47,754 bases of DNA, from contig JYFJ02002979.1 in NCBI GenBank assembly GCA_000934665.2, positions 1 to 47,754 on the forward strand. Direction: 5' to 3'. The translations under genes were made by a program, and so were the position numbers. Shown here in pieces: positions 1-12,349 of the stretch; the stretch's first letter is position 1; each line of letters starts with the position of its first letter. The notes under the pieces are model-generated. The model ran no database searches and had not been told where the DNA came from. It saw only the letters and a program-made list of their open reading frames with translations. The DNA comes from Catajapyx aquilonaris (taxonomy: Eukaryota).

Positions 1-41
1 CTCCTCCCCCCAAAACGGTCACGTGGTATATGGACGACCCC
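1..41. mobile_element. Right end of a PIF/Harbinger-type MITE, cut by the window edge
   Basis: Ends in GGTCACGTGGTATATGGACGACCCC followed by TAA (42-44). This resembles the ATGGATGGCCCC terminus of the element at 15179-15338, and TAA is the usual PIF/Harbinger target. The left end is outside the window. Confidence 0.55.
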
Positions 42-317
42 TAAGAGGACAGTGAAAAAGGCGCATTCTGTGCAATTTTATATGACTGTATTGAAAATCA
101 CTCCCAAATCTGTTGGAGCACCGTGCCACCCATCAAAAACAAGCAAATGTGAGCTAACATCCTGAAAATGTAGTTAGGTTTTAATTTTTAGCTTCACAGC
201 GTGTGAGTAATGCTTGCATTTTAAATATTTATACTCCAAAGCTGTCCTATAATTTTACAGTATCCTATCAAATCCCTATGTTTCATGATGTGAGCGTCTG
301 TCTTTTAAATTTTCCAG

Positions 318-718
318 GCAAGAAGTTACTTACAATCACTGCCGTACAAGCCGAAGATCCCGTGGAACAAGCTGTACCAGAATGCAGATCCCAAGGCACT
401 TGACCTGTTGGACAAGATGCTGACATTCAATCCCCACAAGAGGATTGTGGTGGAAGACGCCTTAGCTCACCCATACCTGGAGCAGTATTATGACCCTGCT
501 GATGAGGTCTGACATCAACTGCTCTGTACATTTGGAAGCAATGACATTGGATTGGCATTCTGTAATGATAACTCATTTTTCGACAGCCCGTGGCTGAGGA
601 GCCGTTCAAGTTTGAGATGGAGTTGGATGACCTGCCCAAGGAGAAGCTGAAGGAGCTAATATTTGATGAGACCAATCTGTTCAAAGATAGGTTGTGTCTG
701 GACCATCAATCCATGTAG
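318..718 (+). CDS. ERK: ERK-type mitogen-activated protein kinase (ERK1/2, rolled homologue), last two coding exons; 5' part upstream of the window
   Basis: Exons 318-506 and 587-718 (GT-AG intron) give [92 protein letters not shown]...*, the ERK C-terminus with the common-docking motif. Confidence 0.96.
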
Positions 719-2950
719 TAGGTGAGGGCAAAAAAGTTTATAATTGTGTCGCTAGAAGATATGTTGTCATGGTAGATAAGCATAAGATCCTGTTACGAGC
801 AGGTTTCCTGCTGGGAGTGAATTTATATCTTCGATTGCGCAACTAAAAGAACCATGGAGTGAAGCTTATCTCCCTTTTTTTGTGTTTCCCCCTTGACAGG
901 CTTCATGGCTGGTGATCTGCCCGTGCCCACTATCAGTGCGTATGGGCCAGGATTCAGTTCTCCATATTCTCTTCTCCTATCCCCGTGACATGAAACTGGA
1001 TGTGAACATGAATTCCAAGTGCATGTATTCATAGTTACTGCTGTTCACATTTTCCTTATTATTATTTTTTAAATCAATGGATGTAATTATTTGTTGTTAT
1101 TTGCCCCATCTGACGGGGAACTTTTTGTGTGCATGAGTGTGATTTGAGAGAGGTGGCACAATTTTTTTGAGGTGTGAATGATCAATTAATGGAATAATTT
1201 ACATGAAATTATTCTACAAAGTAGCCTTTCTTAGGCCTAAACAGCCAATTTTGACCCTTATGAGTGGGCTTGGAGGGAAAGTAAATTCTTTGTACATTGT
1301 AGACCCAAACGTTGAGAGGGTAAGAGGAAAAAAAAAGTGCCCTCTTATTTGACATAATATATATATTTTTTGGTGGTGTCTACGTACTTTTGTGGTTCAT
1401 CAAAGGCCATGTGTGTACTTCATAATTATATGCATATTCCTTACATAAATGTGTTTGTGCATATACACAACATAATTGTAATTAAACTTGTGTAAGCAGA
1501 GGTAATGGAAGAGGGGATGGTCATCATTTTAATTTCCTACTATTTGGGATTCACCTCTCCAAGAAATACTTTTTGTTTCTTGGCGACTAGGTAATTTTTT
1601 TACATGTTGTGTTGTGCCCACCTTCATCAATGCCATTGTTTGTAATTCCTGACTGTCATTCATCTAGTCCTTGTGCAAGCATTTGCTATTTCAGGGCAAG
1701 GCTTTTGATTTCTGAAAGCGAGGGATAAGAGAAGTAGAAGAGAAAGTAACTGCCAAAACTCTAGTGGTTGTGTGCAGACATAGTACGGATCCATCAACTT
1801 CAGAAGAGAGGGGGGGAAAGAAAAGAGAGTTTTTATCCCAGGCCTCGGCCTTTTGTCAATAGCTGTCTCTTTTTGCGATCACTCTCATTGTTGTGTTTGC
1901 CAGTTTTATGGATCATTGTTCACAGTGTTACTTTCCTGAGCCATCCAGTGTTTTGACACGTAACCACTGAGATTCATACTTCCTCACAATGAAGTCTACC
2001 TTTGTGTTGTTGAACTTTTGTCTCCACTTCCCTTGCAAGAACAAAAAAAAAGAAATCCTCCCAACTGCATGTGCCAATAGTTACCGGTTTTCCTTCCTTA
2101 AAACCTCATACATAGCAGTATTCTCACAGGATCAGTTCCCAAAAAATTGGGGGGAGAGAGAAAAAACTGAGCTTCCAAGTCTTAATTTCTGTCCACTTTT
2201 TCCCAACAGAAAACATTACCACAGAAAGGAGATGTAAACGAAAATAAGGGGGACACTGCCTCAAGATTTTGAAAATAATAATAATAATAATAATCCTTTT
2301 TGTGGAAAACTGAACAAGAAGTGAGTCGAATACATTTTTAGAATCGAACTTTGCCATAGAAGCCGCTAGCGTAGCTTATGAAGGCTGAGGGATCTCTGTG
2401 AGAGTGAACTCGTAGCGATTTGTTGCAGGAAATTTTGTTATATGAGATGGAGGGGGGAAAAAATGTACCACCCAACAGTGTTTATAACTTAGATCACAAA
2501 GTCTTGAGTTGACTTGCACACAAGAAACGTAAATTTTATTCGTGCCATTCTTGCTTCCTTTGGCGTAATTCTTGGTTCAAGAATTGAAGACTGATTTCAG
2601 AATAAAGAGAAAAGTGGAGTGCTGAGCCCGTGTGCATTTAAATCACGTACGTCCGCTGCATTGCGGAAGCAACAAACAAGTTGTGTCCTTAATCATGTGT
2701 ATTATTTCAGAGCCTTTGCTTTTACACATCTCTACACAAACACTGTTGGGAGAAATGGTTGTCAAGTTTCAGAGAGAATACAAGTATTCATAATGTCACT
2801 GCATCTTGGTAGTTGTGGAAAAATAATAATTAATAATAAGAATCATATGGTAATAATAGGATGTTTATTTCTTAGGATCAATTTGTACATTTTTGCTCCA
2901 CAAAAGATGTTATTAATTCATTGTGTACTGTAATATAAATATATTGGGGA
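719..2950 (+). other. Probable long AU-rich 3' UTR of ERK
   Basis: AT/TG-rich sequence with no credible ORF after the ERK stop. AATAAA at about 2601. The 3' end is uncertain. Confidence 0.5.
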
Positions 2951-3357
2951 AGGCGATTATGTGTTTTTCCCAATTATTGTTATTTTTCTTCGCTGTACAG
3001 CATTTCTGCTTCTTTAAAAGAGGCACCAAAAAAATTATGTAAATTTGTGTGTGTGACAGTGATCTCATGTCCTTGTGATTTACAATTTTCTTTAAAAATG
3101 ATTTTTTTTTTTGGTTTTGTTTTTTGGTGAGACCTTTTACCTGATATTGTGTGTCGTCCAGTGGGCTCTTCTCTGAGAGGAAAGCTTGCCCTTATTGATG
3201 TGTTTTGATCATATTGGTTTCAAAGGGGATCCAAAGTTATCAGCATAATATTGAGGTTAAGGGTGCCGTATTCATGTAAGCATTGCTCCTTTAGTGATTG
3301 TACAACTCTTGGAATTAAAAAGACTCAACTGTCCAATATTTGTGTCCTTTATGCCTA

Positions 3358-3555
3358 GGTATGTTCACACGAAAGAAATGCACCATAACAGCAGTTTCTG
3401 CCGCTAGTAGTAATGACGCCCATGAAATGTAACATTGCATTTGAGAGATGTATTGCTACAACTTTCAGCAGGCACAACGGTATGCCATGCGCGATCTCAG
3501 CAATGCGTTGTGGCAATGCCGTAATGAGTGTAAAACATGTTTGTGTGTGAACAGC
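3358..3555. mobile_element. Degenerate Harbinger-like MITE
   Basis: Imperfect terminal inverted repeats GGTATGTTCACAC ... GTGTGAACAGCT. No intact target-site duplication seen. Confidence 0.35.
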
Positions 3556-3964
3556 TGCTTGTTTGCGTTGGCCATATTATGCCATTTCGGTGCCAATGAA
3601 TATATTTGTGTATAATTCGTAAATGAATCGATTAGTTTGTCATTTAGTCAATAATGAGGTCATTAGCCATCAAACTGTATGGTGTATACAGTCCAAAAGA
3701 TCATAATGGGAGGGTGTGAGGAGTTGGCTGTACTGGTCCAACTAGATTAAATTGCATATGGGTTTATATGATGCGAAAATTTATTGGTGAATTTTTTAAA
3801 ACACCATTTCAATTGTATCGTATGCATAAGTTGGCAGCACTGATTTTGAAAACAAAGATGGCTGCCTGGAGAGTGGAATTTGAAGGAAGTTGTCTTCTTT
3901 CCTTGCTCTGATGATGGCCCTTCTAGCTGACCTGTTGAGGTGAGGGGAAACACACGAGGGCAGG

Positions 3965-6900
3965 ATGGAGCAGTACGAGGTGTTGAACCTCATCGGCGAG
4001 GGGTCATTCGGACGTGTCTACAAGGCCAGCAAGATCGACAGCAATGATATTGTGGCACTCAAACTCATTCCAAAGGTTAATTAAATGTGCATTTAAATGT
4101 GTCCATTTGCGGGCGTTTAAGTTGATTGTCACAACTGTCATTCCCTCTGATTAGATTGGCAGGACAGAGAAGGAGCTGAAGTGCCTGCGTCAGGAGTGCA
4201 AGATTCAGAAGGACCTCTGCCACCCGAACATTGTGCATCTGCTTGATTCATTCGAAACCGATCAGGAGGTTTGTTCCATTTTTTCCAACCATGTAGGGGG
4301 CACTTTTACCTCGAAAATGGAGAGAACAATGATGGTGTTTTGCTCAGCATACATTTCCATATGGAAGATAGCTTTAGTAATGCAGCTGGTCTTGTTGGTG
4401 CTCTTTGCATTAAGAATTGAACATAGGATTCATGTGGGAGTTCATGTTGCAGCAAACCTTGTTGCAGCAAACCTTGCCGCACAGAGAACATCCATGCACC
4501 ACGAGTCCACGACTTGTTTCAAAGCTGCGACCCTTGAAGAAAATGCTAATAAAATTGCTGACATTTCGGACACATTTGATAAACCATGAGCGTCAACTGT
4601 TTCACTTTATACTGAAAACCTTTCAGGTTGTGGTAGTGACTGAGTATGCAAATGATGAACTGTTTCAAGTACTGGAAAAAGAAGGAAAACTGTCAGAGGA
4701 GAGAGTTCGAAAGATTGCTTGTGACTTGATATCAGCCCTCTACTACCTTCACTCCAACCGCATTCTACACAGGTCAGTATAGTGATTTTTAAAAACCATT
4801 ATTAGGCTCATTGCAACAAAATGCATTTCGCATCGTAAGCTGTACCCGATTTGAGAGCATTCTGTAACTCAACCTTTATAAAATAACACCAAAATTGTCA
4901 GACAAATACACTTCTCGATGAGTATTTGGTGGAGTCAATTTACTATGTGCTGTGTGTGTGTGTGCTAGAGATCTTACTTTGTGCATTTTTTTGTCTCCTC
5001 ACTGACATGTAACAGGATGATGGTAAGTACTGCTGTCACTAAGACCTGGTGACATAGACAACTGGAATCACTGACTCCAAAGGTCTCCTGCCATTTGATG
5101 TGGCTTCAAAGTTTCTGCTGCAGTTTTCAAATAATTTGTGCCACCCTTCACATTCCATTGAATTTTATTAGGCTGGGTGCAAATGCCAATGGCGCCACTT
5201 CATGGAAAAATGTCACTCATGAAACCTGTGCACTCAGCAATGGCCGACATCACCTCATCTTACTGTAGTTTGGTTTCTATCGGTGCTTTAATTTCATACT
5301 GCTTGCAAAATCATGCAAGGCATTGGAATCATGTGACTTCCAGTTGCCAATGGCCAAGCATTAACCATAGCGCTTTGTGTATAAATGATGCGTAATGACT
5401 TACCACATGTTTCTTACTTTCATTTTATAGGGACATAAAGCCTCAGAACATACTCATGGGATCGGATGGGGCTGCAAAACTTTGTGACTTTGGGTTTGCC
5501 CGAAGCATGGGCATAAACACTTTCGTGCTGACTTCTATTAAGGGAACACCTCTGTACATGGCTCCTGAGCTGGTGGAAGAGAAGCCCTATGATCATAATG
5601 CAGACCTTTGGTCACTTGGGTGCATTCTGTATGAACTTCTTACTGGAAGCCCACCATTCTGCACGAATTCTCTAGTACAACTTGTGAGAAAGATCTGTCA
5701 TGAGGTCATTCAGTGGCCTGAGAATCTTGGGATGCATTGTCGTGGATTCCTGCAGGTAAGCTTTAAATTACCATTGCAATCTGAAAAATCAGTGTGATAT
5801 TGCATGAGATCTGAAAGAGAATGGCTAGCCAGATTTGTAAGGTGTGGATAATGGAAATTTTGGATAGGGTCTTCTGGAAAAGGATCCAACAAAGCGCTTG
5901 ACATGGCCGTCCCTTTTGGAGCACCCCTTTGTCAAGGGTAGGGTCACTGTTATGGCTGTAAAGGGGGATGTAACTCCCCTGACCAATCCTCTAACTTCCT
6001 CACAAGAGTTGGCAAAGGAAATGCAGAGAAAGGACCTTGCAACCAGGTTCACAGGTCACAAGAAGTAAGGAATTCATACCTCGTCATTGCTATTTCACAT
6101 TTTCCATACCTGCCTGAAATACCTTTGGTCAATAACTTCACGTACACTCTGCTTTTTCCAAAAGTCTCCTAATCCAGGCGGCCCACCAGCAGCAGCAGGA
6201 GGCCCTAGCTAGATATGCCACAGAGAGACACAGGAATCAGCCAGTGGAACTGAGGCAGCTGCATATCAGCCCCCCACACAAAGCTTCCTGTCCACATCCA
6301 GATGTTACGCCCAGCCCTCCCAGGTCCTCCTTAGTGTCTCATAATCTGTCACTGCCACACCAGTTTCCTACCCCATCACCACCTGCTGGGCCACCACTTC
6401 CACCACCCCCTCCGCCATCGTCATCAGGATCAAGTCGTCTGAGCACCGACTACTTCCAGGAGTTTCCTAATGTGGATGTTGGAAGCTGTCAAGTGATGAC
6501 TAAAGAGCTGTGGAAGAGTGGGGCACTCTTCACAGTAGGCAGCTTTGGGTCGGAGGAGTTACGTCCCCTTGAGAATGAGGAGTGGATGGATTTCTTGGGA
6601 AAGACTGCCCAGGAGGTCCTTCACTCCCCTACCGATACCATGCTCAACCAGAACTTTGTGGCAGTTGTGCTGGCTCCACTCAGGAATACCCATTCCTCTT
6701 GGGCTTTGCAGGAAAGGATTGGAAGCCTGTTAGCACTCCCATTTGCACTCGGATTAGGGGAAGAGGTGAGTGTCTTGACTGGTTTATAAGTTACAAGTTT
6801 ACTTTTGTATATTTCATTTCAAGTGAGTTCATTTCAGTTGAGTATAAGCAAATCTGAGTGATGCTCCTGTAGAGTACAGTAGTCATTTAGAAAATGCATG

Positions 6901-7914
6901 TGAGTGTGATACCACAGGAAAAGGAAACCATTCTTATTTTTTTAAAACCCGTCGTGCCACACTCATCTCAATTTCAAACGCACTGTGTAATGATACATCG
7001 TATGTTTCTTTTATGCTCATTAATTACTGAGAAACAATTGCATTTCAGGTAACGTCTGAGATTCTGCGCATATATCTAGATCTGAAAGTAGTTCCAAATG
7101 TGCTGTATGCATGCAAGCTGCTTCTCAAGAATAAGAAGGGGGAAGAAGAACCCCAGAACCTGTCTGAGGATGTATCTGCAGGGGAACTCGACTCCCTGGA
7201 GACCTTGGTTGGGCTTTGGTGCTACCTGGCCCATTCCAGTCCTGGATTCCTGACCCAGTGGTGTGAAGCTGCTTGCGTACTAAATATGGCCCCTTTGCTC
7301 CAGTTATTTCTCAGGCTAGACAGGAGAAAGGTGAGGGTGGCCACCAACACATTGGCCACTCTCTGTCAAGTGGCCAGACAGGCCTCACCTGATAACATCG
7401 GACTGGTAACGCAGGTGGTGCTGGCCGACAAAGGAAGTGAACTGGTGAGGATGATGCGCCATAAGTGTGTTGCGCTTAGAGAGAAAGGGTGCAGGATGGC
7501 AGGACATTTGTGGAAAAAGTGTCCTGAGGCTATAAGTGATGTCATCGCTCTGGAGGTAAGAGGAGAACTGAGGGCTCTCAAGAAGGACATGGATGCAAGG
7601 GTCAGGAAGGTAAGGACATGTTCATCTTCTCTCACTAACGTTAATAGTGGAGTACCATAGCTTCTAAGGCACTCCTCATTAACAATGATTGAAAATGGAT
7701 CAGGAATATTGAAATGTGCCAGTGGGGGTAGTAATTTTGTGTTCATTGTAACACTCGAATTTTTTGTTTAAATTTTGCTATATGATTAGAATGACTGTTT
7801 AAAAATGTGCCATGTAATGTGGATTGATTTTTCAGTGTATGTTTGTAATTTTTCTCGCAGGCTGCTTCATTTGCACAGTACTGGGCCGAGAAGCAGAGGC
7901 AGGAGGCTGCTTAA
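3965..7914 (+). CDS. STK36: Serine/threonine kinase 36 / Fused (~702 aa)
   Basis: Exons 3965-4075, 4155-4268, 4627-4772, 5431-5755, 5868-6064, 6165-6765, 7049-7609, 7861-7914 (2109 nt, in frame). Motifs [81 protein letters not shown] are typical of Fused/STK36. A Pro-rich linker and a helical C-terminus follow. Confidence 0.93.
6875..6989. mobile_element. Degenerate TA-flanked MITE (Tc1/mariner-like) in STK36 intron 6
   Basis: Imperfect inverted ends TACAGTAGTCATTTAGAAAATGCATGTGAGTGTG ... CACACTCATCTCAATTTCAAACGCACTGTGTA. Confidence 0.35.
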
Positions 7915-8173
7915 TGCTTAATGCCTATAGATAATATTTTTTGACCAACACACTACTCTCATCGTGCCTAGAAGTCCTTTAATTTCAACAGTGTGTGCGT
8001 TTCAATGCTGATCACAATATATTCAGTGTGTGATTGCTCATTCTTGCAAAGCATCAACTGTTGTGTGCATCCAAGTGTTGTATTTTGTGTAATAAACTCT
8101 GTACTTTTGTATAAGTTGTTGTAATTATTACATTGTTTCATGGTGTGTTTGAAATCATGGATACGGTGCATCG

Positions 8174-8243
8174 ATTGGCACTACTGTCTCAACGTGGAAG
8201 TGGGTGTGTTCGCGAACCAGCCAATCAGCGCCAAGTGACGTCA
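8174..8243 (+). promoter_or_regulatory. Proximal promoter of ALDH7A1: two CCAAT boxes and a palindromic CRE
   Basis: ATTGG 8174-8178, CCAAT 8221-8225 and TGACGTCA 8236-8243 lie in a CpG-rich patch about 80-150 bp upstream of the ATG. Confidence 0.5.
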
Positions 8244-8324
8244 CCGGGAGGGAGGTTCTTTTTTTTTTTTCCAAGCCCCCTAAGCGGCATGCTTCGAACG
8301 CACCCCTTCCTTCCCCCACGCACG

Positions 8325-11311
8325 ATGGCAACTGTGCTCCTCCTTTCCTGCAGCAGACGACTCGCGAGACGCAGCTTCCAGATTCTCAGCTCGAGAAACA
8401 TGGCAAGCTCCGGATACCTGATCGACGAGCCCAAGTACTCCTTCCTGAAGGAGCTGGATCTGTCCGCCACCAACCCAGGCGTTTACAACGGGAAGTGGTT
8501 CGCTTCCGGAGAGGTAATAACGAAGGACGTGTCGTGCCGGCGCATTGGATTCGGGTATTCTCGTCGTTGCTAGGCTGCGTCAATTCGGGCCTTGAACTTT
8601 GATCCGGGCCGGCGGCTACAGAAAAGGTCACTTTCAAGCTGGAGGAGATGTTGGCCTGCCAAGGCCGCCAGATATGGGCCTGGGGGTTACGTAACAAGGA
8701 ACATGAGACTGCGTTGATAACTTTGACACGTGGCCAAAATTAGTGATAGCGACTGTCAAGTGACGCTTTGTTAATTTAAATTCAATCAATTCACGCATTT
8801 GCGGCAATGCCAATGTGTAGTGTATGTTGTTGGACTATGCACGTCTGGGAAATGAACAAAATAGTATTTTTTGCAGATTAATTTGCTACTCAATAAATAT
8901 TTGCACTTGCTCTAAGACAGTGGTGTGGAAAAACTGCTAGCTTAAAAATCAATTGCAAAAAAAAAGCGAAAAACCTATAGGTTGGGATTACCAACAAGGA
9001 CGTACAAGAGTCACTATAATTCACCAAGAATTCCCTATGATTTACACAGGGATTCATGCTCTAAATCAGGGGTTCTTAACCTTTTCGGGCCTCTGCACCC
9101 CTTTTAAGACAGTTGGTCCTTGTCGCACCCCCTATACCAGCAAGGGTGATCGCTTAAGTTCTGTGTTCATAGTTAGACTAAGTCCAGGGGTGCACCTTGC
9201 TCGCACCCCCTGGTGATGAGGGAACCCCAGGTTAAGAACTGCTGCTCTAAATGTACAAGATTCACCCAGAGTCCTAAATGCCTACCCTTTGGATATGGCC
9301 TATTGCATTTGATTATGTTATCATAGGGCAATTGGGGGATAATGTAATCAATACAGATCAATATTGTTATCAGGTGCTGTACGTAGGGAATATGACTTGA
9401 GCAAATAATTATCCAGTACTGATTATAATCCTGCTGATTATTGTGTGTGTTTCCCACCATGATTGAGTGCGAATTTGGAGAACTCACATAAGCCATACGT
9501 CAGCATGTGGATGATCTCTTACCTTCTTTGCAGACGGTGACATCAATATGCCCTGCCAATGGTCGGCCTATCGCTCAGGTGCAGCAGGGCAGTGTGAAAG
9601 ATCTGGATGAATGTGTGAAGGCAGCCTGGGATGCATGGCAGGTGTGGGCTGACATTCCTGCCCCAAGGCGAGGGGAAATTGTCAGGCAGATTGGAGATGC
9701 TCTTCGGAAGAAATTGCTTCCACTCGGAAAACTTGTATCATTGGAAATGGGTAGGATATTGCGATGCTTCATCTTGTAAAGTACATGCTGTATGACTAAT
9801 GACCCTTTTATCTTCAGGCAAGATACTCCCAGAGGGAGTGGGTGAGGTGCAAGAATATGTGGACATTTGCGACTATGCAGTAGGCCTGTCCCGCATGATT
9901 GAAGGCAAGCTCCTCCCTTCGGAACGCCCTGGTCACACTCTACTGGAGGCCTGGAACCCCTTGGGAGTCATTGGAATCATATCAGCCTTCAATTTTCCCA
10001 ACGCAGTCTTTGGCTGGAACAATGCTGTTGCCATGGTCTGTGGTGACACCATGATCTGGAAGGGGGCACCTACTACACCACTAATATCAGTGGCAACATC
10101 AAAAGTCGTTGCCTCTGTCCTAGAAAAGAATGGACTTCCTGGTGCCATTTGTTCATTGTGCACTGGTGGTGCTGATGTAGGTGAAGCCATGGCCTCTGAC
10201 CCACGAATCAAACTCCTGTCATTCACTGGTAGTACAAAAGTTGGGCGACAAGTGGCAGGGAAGGTGCAGGAGAGGTTTGGAAAATTGCTTCTGGAGCTGG
10301 GTGGAAACAATGCGATTGTAGTTGCTGAAGACGCCAATCTAGACATGGTTGTGACATCAGCACTGTTTGCCTGCGCTGGCACTGCAGGGCAGAGATGCAC
10401 CACCACCAGGAGACTCATCTTGCATGAGAAAGTGTATGACGAGGTACTGAACAGAATGGTCAAGGCATACTCGCAGGTGATGAGCAGGATTGGGGACCCC
10501 ATTGACGAAGGAGTGCTGTATGGACCCATGCACAGCAAGCAAGCCATTGACGGGTTCCTTAAGACAGTTAAGGATGCACAGGAAGCTGGAGGAAAAGTCG
10601 AGTTTGGAGGAAAGGTGAGTAAGCAATTAGTAATAATTTAGTCTTGTCCATCTGTGCTCTGTGGTCTTGTCAATTGTCATGAAATATTAAACAAAAGGAT
10701 ATTACAATTTCTACTTTGATTCTGTAAATCTGAAAAGCAGCAGAAACAAAGACGGCAACCAATATTGCATGACAGCAAATCTCTTGCATGTAAAATGTGC
10801 CCCATTGTCAAATGTGATTGCCTCTTGAACAGGTGATAGATCGGCCTGGATTCTACGTTGAGCCAACCATAATCACTGGCCTGAGCCATGACTCGCCCGT
10901 GGTGAAACGTGAAACATTCGCTCCAATTGTCTACTTCCTGAAGACCAAGTCAGTCGAAGAAGGAATTTCCTGGAACAACGAGGTTGACCAGGGATTGTCA
11001 TCCAGCATCTTCACGCAGAACATTGGAAACTTATTCAAGGTTAGCATAAGTTCTTGGCAATTTAAGGTATTTGATAATAACATTCCATTCATTTGCAGTG
11101 GATTGGGCCCAAGGGATCGGATTGTGGAATAGTCAACGTGAACATCCCCACCAGCGGAGCTGAGATTGGTGGTGCCTTTGGTGGTGAGAAGCACACCGGA
11201 GGAGGAAGGGAGTCAGGTTCAGATTCATGGAAACAATACATGAGGAGGACAACTATTACCGTCAACTACAGCAAGGAGCTGCCACTGGCACAAGGAATTA
11301 AGTTTGAATAA
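8325..11311 (+). CDS. ALDH7A1: Alpha-aminoadipic semialdehyde dehydrogenase / antiquitin (~540 aa)
   Basis: Exons 8325-8513, 9534-9750, 9818-10614, 10833-11039, 11099-11311 (1623 nt). Motifs [40 protein letters not shown] (catalytic Glu), GTAGQRCTT (catalytic Cys), and the C-terminus [16 protein letters not shown]...[11 protein letters not shown]. Confidence 0.97.
9067..9244. mobile_element. hAT-family MITE (178 bp) with intact 8-bp target-site duplication, in ALDH7A1 intron 1
   Basis: TIRs CAGGGGTTCTTAACCT ... AGGTTAAGAACTGCTG. Identical flanks CTCTAAAT at 9059-9066 and 9245-9252, with the central TA typical of Charlie/Buster-type hATs. Confidence 0.88.
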
Positions 11312-12349
11312 GGCACACACAATAACTCACTCCTCACTTAATTTTATGAGGCTATTTTCATATGGAGAGATGTTTGGTAATAATTGACGCAGAGACCCCC
11401 AGACTGTAGGGTGCAGAGGCTGATGCAATTAGGTAATCTGGGAGAAATGCCTGATTTGGTCAAAACACAGCATTGTGTAATCTGCCTTTAACGGAGCCTG
11501 AACACAGCAGAAACTTGTCCATTTTTGTGATGTTGCTTGGGATTGGCAGAGGGCTTTATGTGAATTTTTATTGTATATAACAGACACCTGTCCAGTGAGG
11601 AATTCTTTTGTGGAAAGTATACGTCATTCACTGTGCGAAGGTTTCACTGTTCTTTAAAACACACATAAGCACTGTCATGTTTATGCACTGCAGTTTTTTA
11701 AAATTAGGTAATGAAGGGACCATAAAACTATTATTGAAAATCCACCAAGCCCAAATTAATTCTTTTATCATATGAAAGCACCAGATTCTCAGAGCAAGAG
11801 TTAATGAGCTGAACTGAATTTATGCAGTCACTTAGACATTTCATGTGCCATATTTTTTATCATGTCCTGTTCCTCTGAACATAGCTCCAGTTAGGGTGTT
11901 ATGATCTGGCTGAGTTTTAAAAATAGTAATCCTGTCCCAGTGAAACACCTTAGGAATGAAAAGTGTGTACAAAATATTTTGTTAACATTACCTAGATAGA
12001 CTGCATTGATCATGTCTTGGTGTACTATCAGCAAGATATTATTGCGGATGCTTTTCTTATGGGAGTGTCCGCAATAATACTGTAACAATGTGTGTTGCAT
12101 GACATTCTTACACAAACGAGAGAGTGAATTTTTAAGGCTTGGCACATATTTTGGAGGAATATCCTGCAATAAGCTGTTGAGTCATTAATTGGAAATCAGG
12201 AGTGTAACATGAAAATTAACCATTTATGTTTTAACCAATACATACAAAACATTTATTAACACAAAGTCTAGTCTGAACCATTTAACACCATACCGATAAA
12301 GACTGATGAGGGTGTTTGGCAAGCCAATAAAAATTGGGAGTGAAATTTA

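Noticed and set aside
260..268. GTATCCTAT, similar to a U12 donor
   Set aside because: It lies inside an intron with no adjoining exon and deviates from GTATCCTT.
719..2950. Short ORFs and possible Pumilio elements in the ERK 3' region
   Set aside because: The ORFs have UTR-like composition. I found only near-matches (TGTACATT, TGTAATTA), not canonical TGTAHATA sites.
4447..4476. Tandem GTTGCAGCAAACCTT x2 in STK36 intron 2
   Set aside because: Only two units, probably a local duplication or repeat debris.
9933..10547. 204-aa minus-strand ORF and similar antisense ORFs (7366-7746, 40285-40839, 37657-37995)
   Set aside because: They are shadows of real exons on the opposite strand, with no recognisable motifs.
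12303..12331. CTGATGA hammerhead-core-like words (also near 499, 19740, 45484)
   Set aside because: No stem II followed by GAAA and no flanking stems.
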